The notes below the pieces were generated by a model that was given only the letters and a program-made list of their open reading frames with translations, made no database searches and was not told the origin of the DNA. Below, in pieces: positions 31,793 through 40,815 of a DNA stretch of 64,000 nucleotides. Within the stretch, counting starts at the first letter, position 1, and every line of letters starts with the position of its first letter. The position numbers and the translations under genes are program-made. The stretch is from Candidatus Avispirillum sp. (lineage in GTDB: Bacteria > Bacillota > Clostridia > Oscillospirales > CAG-272), in assembly GCA_045631345.1 (NCBI GenBank), contig JAZQUP010000004.1, positions 15,727 through 79,726 on the forward strand. Direction: 5' to 3'.

Positions 31793-33103
31793 ATGGCTAA
31801 CGATGTTAAGAAAAACGGCGGTTGGAGAACTAACAAGTGGATCAGAGCTGCAATTCCTGCGCTTCTGCTTCATTGTAGTATAGGAACAGTTTATTGCTGG
31901 TCTATCTTCAGCCAGGAAATTGCTGAGTATATCGGCTTCTCCAAGGGCGCAACAGAATGGGCATTCAGCTTTGCGATCTTCTTCCTTGGTATGTCTGCGG
32001 CATTCCTCGGAAATATTGTTGAAAAAGATATTCATAAATCATCCCTTATCGCTGCAATCTGCTTTGCAGCAGGTATGGCAGGAACAGGCGCTTTCATCTA
32101 TTATGGTGGTCTTAATAAGGGTAGTGTTCTTGCTCTCGTAGGTATCTATGTTTGCTATGGTCTTATTATGGGTATCGGTCTTGGAACAGGCTATCTTTCT
32201 CCTGTAAAAACACTTATGCTTTGGTTCAAGGATAAGAAGGGCCTTGCAACAGGTCTTGCAGTTGCAGGATTTGGCGCAGCAAAGGCTATCGCAAGCCCTA
32301 TCATGCAGGCAATGCTTGAAGGTCTTGGCGAGGGCGGCATCTATAAGATGTTCTTTATTCTTGCTTGTGTATACTTCGTTATGATGTTTGTTGGACATCT
32401 TCTTCTCAAGAAGCCTGATGATTGGCATGAGCCCAGCAACAAAGAAGAGAAGCAGAGCATCATTGCAGTTATCAAAACAAGACCCATTATGAACTATGTT
32501 GGTATCTGGCTTATGTTCTACATAAACATCACATGTGGTCTTGCTCTTATTTCTCAGGAAAAGGCAATCGTTAAGTGCATCGGTCTTGCAAGTGTTGTAG
32601 GTATCGTTTCTACAGTATCTGCAATCTTCAATGCAGGCGGCCGTCTTGGTCTTTCCGCTCTCGGCGATAAGATGAAGGATAGAAACACAATTTATAAGAT
32701 CATCTTCATTGCATCAATAGCAATGACAGCTGTTGTTATAGCTACAGGCGCTATCACAAAGGGTGCTGAAAACGGTGTTCTTGCAGCTATCGTTCTCGTT
32801 CTCATTATGATAGTGAATGCAGGCTACGGCGGAGGCTTTTCCAACGTTCCCACGCTTCTTTCTGACCACTATGGCATGGGAAGCATCAGTGCACTTCACG
32901 GCATCACACTTTCCGCATGGGCATTTGCAGGTCTCTCAGGTAACCAGCTTGCAACTTGGATCGTTAATCACATTGGCGATACAGAAGCGGCATATAACAC
33001 AGTTGGTTATCAGACAGTTATGTATGTAACAATTGCTCTTTATGCAGTTGCTCTCATTCTTAGCTTTGTGTTTGTAAAACCTGTAAAAAAAGACGCTGAA
33101 TAA
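31793..33103 (+). CDS. OFA-family MFS transporter (oxalate/formate antiporter-like)
   Basis: 12-TM pattern; GTVYCWS, GYLSPVKTLMLWF..KGLATG, FNAGGR, YGGGFS. Confidence 0.88.
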   Translation: MANDVKKNGGWRTNKWIRAAIPALLLHCSIGTVYCWSIFSQEIAEYIGFSKGATEWAFSFAIFFLGMSAAFLGNIVEKDIHKSSLIAAICFAAGMAGTGAFIYYGGLNKGSVLALVGIYVCYGLIMGIGLGTGYLSPVKTLMLWFKDKKGLATGLAVAGFGAAKAIASPIMQAMLEGLGEGGIYKMFFILACVYFVMMFVGHLLLKKPDDWHEPSNKEEKQSIIAVIKTRPIMNYVGIWLMFYINITCGLALISQEKAIVKCIGLASVVGIVSTVSAIFNAGGRLGLSALGDKMKDRNTIYKIIFIASIAMTAVVIATGAITKGAENGVLAAIVLVLIMIVNAGYGGGFSNVPTLLSDHYGMGSISALHGITLSAWAFAGLSGNQLATWIVNHIGDTEAAYNTVGYQTVMYVTIALYAVALILSFVFVKPVKKDAE

Positions 33104-33109
33104 CTTTTT

Positions 33110-33142
33110 TGCACCGCAGATTTACATCTGCGGTGTTTTTGC
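33110..33142 (+). terminator. Rho-independent terminator
   Basis: GCACCGCAGAT-TTAC-ATCTGCGGTGTTTTT. Confidence 0.8.
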
Positions 33143-33156
33143 ATAATATAAACCGG

Positions 33157-33185
33157 TTGACATAGAAAGTTAATTGTGATATTAT
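33157..33185 (+). promoter_or_regulatory. sigma-A promoter
   Basis: TTGACA-17 nt-TATTAT with TG extension. Confidence 0.65.
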
Positions 33186-33297
33186 ATTTTTCGGATACAA
33201 TATAAGTCAGACAGTTTTGTGATTTGGTCACTGAAAGTAGTCTGATTTATGAGTATACTAATAACAGAACTTAAAACTGAAAGGTTTGGTGATAAGT

Positions 33298-33963
33298 ATG
33301 GCAAAATGGAAATGTAAAATTTGCGGCTACATTCACGAAGGCGAAATGACAGACGATTTCAAGTGCCCTAAGTGCAGACAGCCCGCTTCAGTATTCGAAA
33401 AAATTCAGGAGGATAATAAAATGGCAAAGAACATTTACGCAGGAACAAAAACAGAAAAGAACCTTTGGGAAGCATTCGCAGGCGAAAGCCAGGCAAGAAA
33501 TAAGTATACATATTTTGCTTCCGTAGCAAAAAAGCAGGGATTTGAGCAGATCGCAGCTCTCTTCCTTAAGACTGCTGATAACGAAAAGGAACACGCAAAG
33601 CTTTGGTTCAAGGCTCTTGGTGAGCTTGGCGACACAGCTGAAAATCTTCTCCACGCAGCAGAGGGCGAAAACTACGAATGGACAGATATGTATGACACAT
33701 TCGCAAAGGAAGCAGATGAAGAAGGCTTCCATGAACTTGCAGAGCAGTTCAGAGGCGTTGCAGCAATCGAAAAGGCTCACGAAGAAAGATATCGTGCTCT
33801 TCTCAACAACGTTGAAACAGCTCAGGTATTTGCAAAGAGCGAAGTTAAGGTTTGGGAATGCAGAAACTGCGGACATCTCGTAGTTGGTACAAACGCTCCC
33901 GAAGTATGTCCTGTTTGCAACCACGCACAGGCTCATTTCGAAGTTCACGCAGAAAATTATTAA
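33298..33963 (+). CDS. rbr: rubrerythrin with additional N-terminal rubredoxin-like domain
   Basis: [30 protein letters not shown] di-iron motifs; C-terminal CRNCG..CPVC. Confidence 0.92.
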   Translation: MAKWKCKICGYIHEGEMTDDFKCPKCRQPASVFEKIQEDNKMAKNIYAGTKTEKNLWEAFAGESQARNKYTYFASVAKKQGFEQIAALFLKTADNEKEHAKLWFKALGELGDTAENLLHAAEGENYEWTDMYDTFAKEADEEGFHELAEQFRGVAAIEKAHEERYRALLNNVETAQVFAKSEVKVWECRNCGHLVVGTNAPEVCPVCNHAQAHFEVHAENY

Positions 33964-33971
33964 TTTGAGAG

Positions 33972-34004
33972 AAAGACCTCCCCGAGAAATCGGGGAGGTC
34001 TTTT
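33972..34004 (+). terminator. Rho-independent terminator
   Basis: AAAGACCTCCCCGA-GAAA-TCGGGGAGGTCTTTT. Confidence 0.88.
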
Positions 34005-34047
34005 GCCTTCCCCAGCGGGAAAGGGGAAATGCTTGCGGTGGATGAGG
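34005..34047 (+). repeat. REP-like palindromic unit (family 1, degenerate)
   Basis: GCCTTCCCC...GGGAAAGGGG...GGTGGATGAGG resembles the reverse complement of 48711-48755. Confidence 0.6.
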
Positions 34048-34171
34048 GTTAATGAGACGGACTTTATTAGCCCCGCTAAAGTTTGGTTTTGAAATGCTTT
34101 CTTGTAATAGTATTAAAGTAGTGATATCATATAATCAGTAAAGCGCTTTAAAACCATAAAGAGGTGATTAT

Positions 34172-35314
34172 ATGTCTATCGGAACAAATATAAAAAGAAT
34201 ACGCCGAGAAAAGGGAATAACTCAGGAAAAACTGGCGGAACTTTTAGGAATAACTCCATCGGCAATTTCACAGTGGGAAACGGATAGAGTTCTTCCTGAT
34301 ATAACACAAATACCTTTGCTTTGCAGCATTTTTGATGTCACTTCTGATGAAATATTGGGGATAAGTAACGATAGCAAAATGCAGGAGATTGATAAAATTG
34401 AAGATGAAGCTATTGATTTCATTGATAAAGGTGAGTATGAAGAAGCCGTAGAAACAGTCAGAAGAGGGCTGAAGAAATACCCTGACTCTTATGATCTGAT
34501 GCAATCTCTTGCCTATTGTTTGGAGGTACAGAATTCTCGAGAAAGCCTTGATGAGCGAATCGACCTCTATAGTAAACTTCTTAATGATACAAACGATTAT
34601 ACAAAGAATTGGGCAACGGGGAATTTGTGCAGAGCATACGCCATGAAGGGGGAAAATGATAAAGCATTGGAACTTGCTGATAGTGTGATTGAACTTATTT
34701 ATACAAGAGATAATTGCAGATTGTTTGCTCTCAAAGATACTATGCAGTGGGTGGATGAATCTTGTATTCAAATTAATAAAGCTTTTGAAAGGTTGATTTC
34801 GGGTCTGTACCTTGTCGCAAGAATAGTGAAATACCGAATGAATGACGATGAGGCTATAGAACTTTGGCGAAAAATGTTCTTATTCATAGAAACCTATTAT
34901 GAGAAGGGCGATTATGGAAATAAATATGACATATTGCTTGAGGGGTGTTGCGATGCGGCGCACAGGAGTGCTTCTTTGGGCAAGTACGAACAAGCAGCGA
35001 GTTATCTAAAAAAGATGGTAGGCTATATAAAAGAAATTGAGCATTATTTTGCTGACCCAAATAAACGATTTGGGTGTAGTATAAGAATGCTGTTGCATAC
35101 TTCTTTAGTTCCTCATTTTGACGAAAGTTATGCAGGGCTCTTGCATACAGTCGAAGTAGAACTGTTTGTAAAGAAAGCCTATGTAATGCTTGCAAATGAA
35201 GAATTTCCACAACTTTGTGAAATGGATGGAGTACAAGAAATTAAAGCATACTTAAAAGAAAAATGTGATCAGTTAGAGGCGTATATCAAGGTTAACCGTG
35301 TTGAAGAAGGTTGA
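34172..35314 (+). CDS. XRE-family HTH regulator with helical TPR-like C-terminal domain
   Basis: IKRIRREKGITQEKLAELLGITPSAISQWE..PD; all-helical C-terminus. Confidence 0.85.
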   Translation: MSIGTNIKRIRREKGITQEKLAELLGITPSAISQWETDRVLPDITQIPLLCSIFDVTSDEILGISNDSKMQEIDKIEDEAIDFIDKGEYEEAVETVRRGLKKYPDSYDLMQSLAYCLEVQNSRESLDERIDLYSKLLNDTNDYTKNWATGNLCRAYAMKGENDKALELADSVIELIYTRDNCRLFALKDTMQWVDESCIQINKAFERLISGLYLVARIVKYRMNDDEAIELWRKMFLFIETYYEKGDYGNKYDILLEGCCDAAHRSASLGKYEQAASYLKKMVGYIKEIEHYFADPNKRFGCSIRMLLHTSLVPHFDESYAGLLHTVEVELFVKKAYVMLANEEFPQLCEMDGVQEIKAYLKEKCDQLEAYIKVNRVEEG

Positions 35315-35335
35315 TGGATATAGTGTGCAATCAAA

Positions 35336-35629
35336 AAGCCTACTCCTTTAGGAGAAGGCTTAGGGGATTTCGCTCTCTGCGGAGAGCGACCAAGAAGCTT
35401 CGCCTCTTGGATTACCGGTGAGAATTAGGAATGTCGCGTCTGCGGACGCGACAGGGGCTCTGCCCCATGTCCCCGCAATCTTTTTTAGGAAAAGATTGAT
35501 CAAAACCTTTTTGCGACATTAATTTAGCTGTTAAATGAAGAAAGCTCCCCGAATTTTGGGGAGCTTTAAAAATTATTCAAAAGCTTTGGAGAGGTCAAAG
35601 GAGAACCTTTCCTTAAAAGGTTCTCCTTG
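35336..35629. repeat. cluster of REP/MITE-like palindromic elements and a terminator
   Basis: Several hairpins, including two related TCGC..TCTGCGGA..GCGA units and the AAAGCTCCCC/GGGGAGCTTT terminator at 35541-35567. Confidence 0.7.
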
Positions 35630-35637
35630 AAAAATCA

Positions 35638-37077
35638 TTAGCACTGGCGCATAAGTCTTACGTAAAACTCAACTGCCTTAACTGCGCAATCGATACGAAC
35701 TCTTTCATTATTGCCGTGGATAGTAGCTCTTTCCTCTTTTGTAAGGTCCATAGCAGAGAAGCGATAAACCTTATCGGAAATTCTGCCGTAGTGACGGCTG
35801 TCAGAGCACTGCATCATAAGATAAGGGGAAACAATGCAACCTTTCCATGTTGATGCAACAGCTGAAGCAACCTTATCCCATGCGGGACAATATGTTTCGG
35901 AAATACGGCTGGGATTCATACCGTTAAGAAGAGTTATCTCAACATTATCGTCATTAACAGTTTTTCTGAGATACTCAAGAGCTGAGTCAATAGTATCCTC
36001 AGGGTTTAGACGCATATTTGAAACCATAGTTGCCTCAGGAGGAATAACATTTGAAGCGGAGCTTCCTTTCATCTGAGTGAATGCAACTGTTGTTCTCATA
36101 ATTGCATTCAGCTCACCACCGGAGGATTTGCATATCATATCAAGCAGACCTGAGAAGCACCAGAGATTAGCAAAGATCATTCTGTAAAGAAATGTGGAAT
36201 GTCTGCCAAGCGTGTCAAACATTTCGGCAACAGGTTTGGTGAGGTGAGATTTAAAGGGGTGATTTTCAATCTTGCAGCAAGCACGGGAAAGCACACCAAC
36301 AGGTGTGTGTGGTGCGGGAGCGGATGCGTGTCCGCCGCCGCAATTCACTTTGTAATGAACGTCCATAAGTCCCTTTTCGGCGATTCCGATAACGCCGCAG
36401 GGAATCTTAACTCCGGGGAAAACATTTTCAACAACAGCGCCGCCTTCGTCAACAACTAAAGCAGGTGTTATACCGTTCGCTTCAAACCAGTCAACAATGT
36501 TGATAGCGCCCTGTCCGTTTGTTTCTTCGTTTCCTGAGAAAGCAAAGTACATATCGTTTTCGGGAATAAATCCTTCGGCAATGAGCTTGTCTGCTGCACT
36601 GAGAACTCCGTTGAATGTGCCCTTTGTGTCAAGAGTGCCTCTGCCCCATATAACATCGTTTTCTATAACTGCTTCAAAGGGGGGCTTTTTCCACATTTCT
36701 TCGTTAACGGGAACAACGTCGTAGTGCGCCATCATAATGGCAGGATCACCGTGATTTTTACCTTCCCATTTAAAGAGAAGACCACGATCAGCGAGTCGTG
36801 TAAGAGTGCAAGCCTTGAAAACATTTGGATAAAGCTCGGGGAGCATATCTATCAGCTTTTCAAACTCTGCTTCATCCTCAAGAGAAGGGTCTCTGTAGGA
36901 AATTGTTTTACAACGAACGAGACGGCAAAGTCGTTCAATAATAAGCTCACGCTCAATTGTTTCTTCACCTTCAAGGATTTTTGCATTGGCCTTAGGCTTG
37001 AATGCAGCTGTGCGAATAAGAAGCACAGCAATAAATATTATCAGAAGGGCGGGAATTATAAGCAAAAATTTCATCAT
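35638..37077 (-). CDS. M20 family metallopeptidase/amidohydrolase (Gly-Xaa carboxypeptidase-like)
   Basis: AHYDVVP, GRGTLDTKG, GNEE, DEGG, IHGNNE; N-terminal TM anchor. Confidence 0.9.
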   Translation of the reverse strand: MMKFLLIIPALLIIFIAVLLIRTAAFKPKANAKILEGEETIERELIIERLCRLVRCKTISYRDPSLEDEAEFEKLIDMLPELYPNVFKACTLTRLADRGLLFKWEGKNHGDPAIMMAHYDVVPVNEEMWKKPPFEAVIENDVIWGRGTLDTKGTFNGVLSAADKLIAEGFIPENDMYFAFSGNEETNGQGAINIVDWFEANGITPALVVDEGGAVVENVFPGVKIPCGVIGIAEKGLMDVHYKVNCGGGHASAPAPHTPVGVLSRACCKIENHPFKSHLTKPVAEMFDTLGRHSTFLYRMIFANLWCFSGLLDMICKSSGGELNAIMRTTVAFTQMKGSSASNVIPPEATMVSNMRLNPEDTIDSALEYLRKTVNDDNVEITLLNGMNPSRISETYCPAWDKVASAVASTWKGCIVSPYLMMQCSDSRHYGRISDKVYRFSAMDLTKEERATIHGNNERVRIDCAVKAVEFYVRLMRQC

Positions 37078-37742
37078 AGCCACCCTTTTTTGTACATAAT
37101 TCTTGCAACTGCAATAGTAAAGAGAACTCCAACAGGCACCATAATACCAACTGTACTCTTGTTAAGTGCAGGCACAAAAATGAAAAGTACAAGCATAAGG
37201 ATGATAGGAGCCACAGAGAGCTTTGCGTTTTTAGAAACAAAAACAACTGCAAGTCCGCCAAAGAGCGCAGGGAGCATCTGCTCAAAAGCAGGAGTGAGAA
37301 CTTCGCTTTCAAGAATGGGTGTCAGAGGAGCTATAAGAATAACACCTATAATGATGATAACAGTGGTAACAATGCTTGAAACAGCAATTGCGATAGTTGA
37401 GATGATTTCCCCCTCTTCAGAGCTGGCTTTAACTTCAGCTCTTTCCATTGCGTCAATTGCGCAAGGGAGCTTCAGGTTTGAGATATTGCCTGTAACAAAG
37501 GAGAGGTAAGCGCCGCCTGCGCCAAGCATAGGAACATAAGTGAACATCTCAACGATACCAACAGCCCAGTACATAGGCATAACGGCAATAGCGCCCTTGA
37601 GAAGAGCGTTCCAGTTGGGAACTGCTTTGAATATCAGACAAATAGCAACAGGAAAAAGGAGAATAATGAGGCATAGCGCAACGCCCCAGATGCGTCCGTC
37701 ACGATGAACGCTTTCAAGATATGTAAGCTTTTCTTTTTTCAT
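37074..37742 (-). CDS. uncharacterised membrane protein (partner of DUF5058-like protein)
   Basis: About 6 TM; 'Y.SF.TGN.SNLKLPCA' motif; translationally coupled to the M20 gene. Confidence 0.7.
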   Translation of the reverse strand: MKKEKLTYLESVHRDGRIWGVALCLIILLFPVAICLIFKAVPNWNALLKGAIAVMPMYWAVGIVEMFTYVPMLGAGGAYLSFVTGNISNLKLPCAIDAMERAEVKASSEEGEIISTIAIAVSSIVTTVIIIIGVILIAPLTPILESEVLTPAFEQMLPALFGGLAVVFVSKNAKLSVAPIILMLVLFIFVPALNKSTVGIMVPVGVLFTIAVARIMYKKGWL

Positions 37743-37757
37743 TGTAATTCTCCTTTC

Positions 37758-38495
37758 TTATGATAACCATGTAGTGATCGGTATAGCTGCAGCCATTCCG
37801 CAAAGAAGACTGATGGGAAGCGCATAGTCATTCATCCATTTCATAGACTTAACCTTCATGGCGCAAACACCGCAAATAGCCATAACAACAGCGGATACTG
37901 CCATTACGCAAACGGGAATAAGACCAACAAAGTCTCCTGAAAATGCATTTGAAACATCGCAGAAAACGTATCCGAGAAATGCGGAGATCATACCGAGGAA
38001 CATAGAGTTATTGAAAATCTCGCCCCATTTTTTATCTCGTTTCTCCATACTTTTAAGACCGCCCTGGATTTTCTTTGTGCAGAAGGGAACAAGTATAAGG
38101 CCGATTGCGATGCCAATAGTCATAACAAACAGTACAGTAACAAAAGCAGAAGCATCTGTTATCTGAGTTGCTGTGTTAAGGCCAAGTGCTTCAAGCGCAG
38201 AATTCGCTGCAATTGATTCATATGAAAGAGAACCAACAACGGAAAGACGAAGCCAAGGAATTGCAATACCCAGACTTTTAGAAAGCGTTGCCACACCAAC
38301 AAGAATAGCAACAGCGGGTGCTATTGTGAAAATAGCAGCGCTGGAAATAGTTTTGCTAACTATTCCCTTGGCAATACCAAGCTCTTTTGCTCGCTTCATT
38401 GCTCGTATCAGAAAAAAGATTGATTGAGCAAGAACGAATGCAATAACAATGCCTACCATAACAAAAAGGATAGGGCTGTTTACATTAAATTTCAT
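37758..38495 (-). CDS. DUF5058-like membrane protein
   Basis: Multi-TM; 'PWLRLSVVGS..YE' motif recalled from DUF5058; SD AAGGAG. Confidence 0.7.
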   Translation of the reverse strand: MKFNVNSPILFVMVGIVIAFVLAQSIFFLIRAMKRAKELGIAKGIVSKTISSAAIFTIAPAVAILVGVATLSKSLGIAIPWLRLSVVGSLSYESIAANSALEALGLNTATQITDASAFVTVLFVMTIGIAIGLILVPFCTKKIQGGLKSMEKRDKKWGEIFNNSMFLGMISAFLGYVFCDVSNAFSGDFVGLIPVCVMAVSAVVMAICGVCAMKVKSMKWMNDYALPISLLCGMAAAIPITTWLS

Positions 38496-38620
38496 CAAGA
38501 ACAACTCCTTAATTTAACATGTTGATATAATTCTATCATAATGTTAGTATTTCTTCAACCATTTGACAAAAAATAGAGAATTTTATGTAATATTTTGTTT
38601 GCTTTTTTGTTAATAAACTG

Positions 38621-38649
38621 TTGAAAAAATAACAAAGATATTGTATAAT
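38621..38649 (+). promoter_or_regulatory. sigma-A promoter of xpt
   Basis: TTGAAA-17 nt-TATAAT. Confidence 0.6.
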
Positions 38650-38688
38650 TAATATAATTATATTAATATGCAAAAAGGTCGTTTAACT

Positions 38689-39261
38689 ATGAAACTTGTA
38701 GAAGATAAGATTAGAGAAATGGGGAAAATAGGTGAGGGAGATGTTCTTAAAGTAGATAGCTTTCTCAATCATCAGATGGACCCTATGTTGCTTGCAGATA
38801 TGGGAGAGGAATTTCTGCGCCTTTTTGAAAAAGAGGGTGTAACAAAAATTCTCACTATTGAAGCTTCCGGCATTGGCATAGCAACAATGGCTGCTTATAG
38901 ATTTGGAGTTCCTATGGTTTTTGCAAAGAAAACCAAAACCAATAATATATATGCAGATGTTTATAAATCAACAGTTGAATCTTACACTCATAAGAAAACC
39001 TATGAGATCGTAGTTTCAAGAGAATTCATCAATCCCGGTGACAAAGTTCTTATTATAGATGATTTTCTTGCAAAGGGAAGCGCTCTTCTTGCTCTTATCA
39101 GCCTTGTTAAAGAAGCAGGTGCTGAAGTTGTTGGATGTGGTGTTGTGATTGAAAAAGCATATCAGGGCGGCGGAAAAATCGTTCGTGATATGGGAATCAG
39201 AGTTGAAAGCCTTGCCCGCATCAAAGAAATGAGTGTTGAAGGCGGAATAACATACTGCTGA
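38689..39261 (+). CDS. xpt: xanthine phosphoribosyltransferase
   Basis: LKVDSFLNHQMDP, TIEASGI, VLIIDDFLA.G. Confidence 0.95.
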   Translation: MKLVEDKIREMGKIGEGDVLKVDSFLNHQMDPMLLADMGEEFLRLFEKEGVTKILTIEASGIGIATMAAYRFGVPMVFAKKTKTNNIYADVYKSTVESYTHKKTYEIVVSREFINPGDKVLIIDDFLAKGSALLALISLVKEAGAEVVGCGVVIEKAYQGGGKIVRDMGIRVESLARIKEMSVEGGITYC

Positions 39262-39405
39262 TACAGTATAAAACAAAGATGGAAGAGCAAAATTGGAATA
39301 GTGTGCAACAAGCAATTTAACATCTCTTTTTTCTTTGTGTATTGTGTTTATCTAGGTTCAAAACCTTGATATAAATAAACAATTCTTATTTGGAGGACAA
39401 TTAAG

Positions 39406-40665
39406 ATGAACAGAAGAATTCTTGCGATTCTTCTCGCTATGTGTCTTGTATTCTGTGCTTTCAGCTTCACAGCTTGTGGCGAACAGAAAGACGGCGAGAA
39501 TGATGGCGAAGACAAGATCAAGATCGGCGTTATCAGCGTTGGTGACGAAAATGAGGGCTACACATATGCTCACATGGACGGCATTAGAAAAGCTGCAGAA
39601 AAGCTCGGTATTGATGAAGAAACACAGATCATCTGGAAGAACAACATTCCTGAGAGCGAGCTCTGTAAGGACGCAGCTCTTGACCTTGCTGATGCAGGTT
39701 GCGATCTCGTAATCTCCAACAGCTATGGCCACCAGGACTTCATGAGCGAGGCTGCAACAGAATGCCCCGACGTTCAGTTCGTTTCTATGACAGGTGATAA
39801 GGCTGCTAACAGCGGTCTCAGCAACCTTGCAAACGCATTCACAAGCGTTTACCAGTCCCGTTACGTATCCGGTGTTGTTGCCGGCATGAAGCTCGCTGAG
39901 CTTATCGCAGACAACAAGCTCACAGATGCTAACTATGACGAAAACGGCAACATTCTTCTTGGTTATGTTGGTGCATATCCTTACGCAGAAGTTGTTTCCG
40001 GTTACACAGCATACTACCTCGGCGTTAAGAGCGTAGTTGAAAACGTAGCAATGCTCGTTCAGTACACACAGTCCTGGTTTGACATCGCAGCTGAAGGTGA
40101 AGCAGCAAATGCTCTTCTCGCTAAGGGTTGCGTAATCATCTGCCAGCACGCTGACTCCACAGGTGCACCTGCAGCAGTTGAGGCAGCTCTTGCAGCAGGC
40201 AATGTTTGCTACTCTGTTGGTTACAATGTAGATATGCTCAGCGTTGCTCCCAATGCTGCTCTTACATCTGCAACAAACAACTGGTCTGTATACTACGAAT
40301 ACCTCTTCAACGCAGTAATGAATGGCGAAGAAGTTATGACAAACTGGTCTGAAGGCTATGCTAAGGATGCAGTTGCAATCACAGCTCTCGGTGCAAGCTG
40401 CGCTGAAGGCACACAGGAAAAGGTTGACGAAGTTGTTAAGAATCTCAAGGATGGCACACTCAACGTATTCAGCACAGATTCCTTCACAGTTAACGGCGAG
40501 AAGCTTGATAGCTACGTAGTTGACCTTACAGGCGACTATGATACAGACGATGAAGGCGATAAGGAAGCAATCTGGGATGGTTATTTCCATGAGTCTGAGC
40601 ACCGCAGTGCTCCTTCCTTCGATATCCGCATCGACGGTATTACAGAACTCTCTGACGAGAAGTAA
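39406..40665 (+). CDS. BMP-family ABC transporter substrate-binding lipoprotein (nucleoside)
   Basis: Lipobox FTAC; GYTYAH..G, SWFD...E, QHADS. Confidence 0.9.
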   Translation: MNRRILAILLAMCLVFCAFSFTACGEQKDGENDGEDKIKIGVISVGDENEGYTYAHMDGIRKAAEKLGIDEETQIIWKNNIPESELCKDAALDLADAGCDLVISNSYGHQDFMSEAATECPDVQFVSMTGDKAANSGLSNLANAFTSVYQSRYVSGVVAGMKLAELIADNKLTDANYDENGNILLGYVGAYPYAEVVSGYTAYYLGVKSVVENVAMLVQYTQSWFDIAAEGEAANALLAKGCVIICQHADSTGAPAAVEAALAAGNVCYSVGYNVDMLSVAPNAALTSATNNWSVYYEYLFNAVMNGEEVMTNWSEGYAKDAVAITALGASCAEGTQEKVDEVVKNLKDGTLNVFSTDSFTVNGEKLDSYVVDLTGDYDTDDEGDKEAIWDGYFHESEHRSAPSFDIRIDGITELSDEK

Positions 40666-40676
40666 TTTTTATAACA

Positions 40677-40709
40677 AACCAAGGGAAGCCGTAAGGCTTC
40701 CCTTATGGT
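40677..40709 (+). other. stem-loop after BMP gene
   Basis: AAGGGAAGCC-GTAA-GGCTTCCCTT. Confidence 0.75.
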
Positions 40710-40723
40710 CTGTTTATAGAATG

Positions 40724-40791
40724 ATGAATAATCAATAATGAAAAATTCCATTAGTTTTCATTATTCATTATTTACTATTCACATTTCACTA
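40724..40791. repeat. inverted heptamer tandem repeats
   Basis: ATGAATA-like x3 facing TTCATTA-like x5. Confidence 0.7.
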
Positions 40792-40815
40792 AATAATGAA
40801 TTGCGGGGTGTAGTT

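Noticed and set aside
35314..35421. Short ORF after the XRE gene as a signalling peptide
   Set aside because: It runs through palindromic repeats and lacks a hydrophobic signal-like segment
35336..35629. CRISPR array
   Set aside because: No identical direct repeats with regular unique spacers; no cas genes
39262..39405. Possible purine riboswitch near xpt/BMP operon
   Set aside because: The conserved purine aptamer core is not present here or upstream of xpt
39358..40602. 414-aa antisense ORF
   Set aside because: It mirrors the highly biased BMP lipoprotein gene; no SD or recognisable motifs
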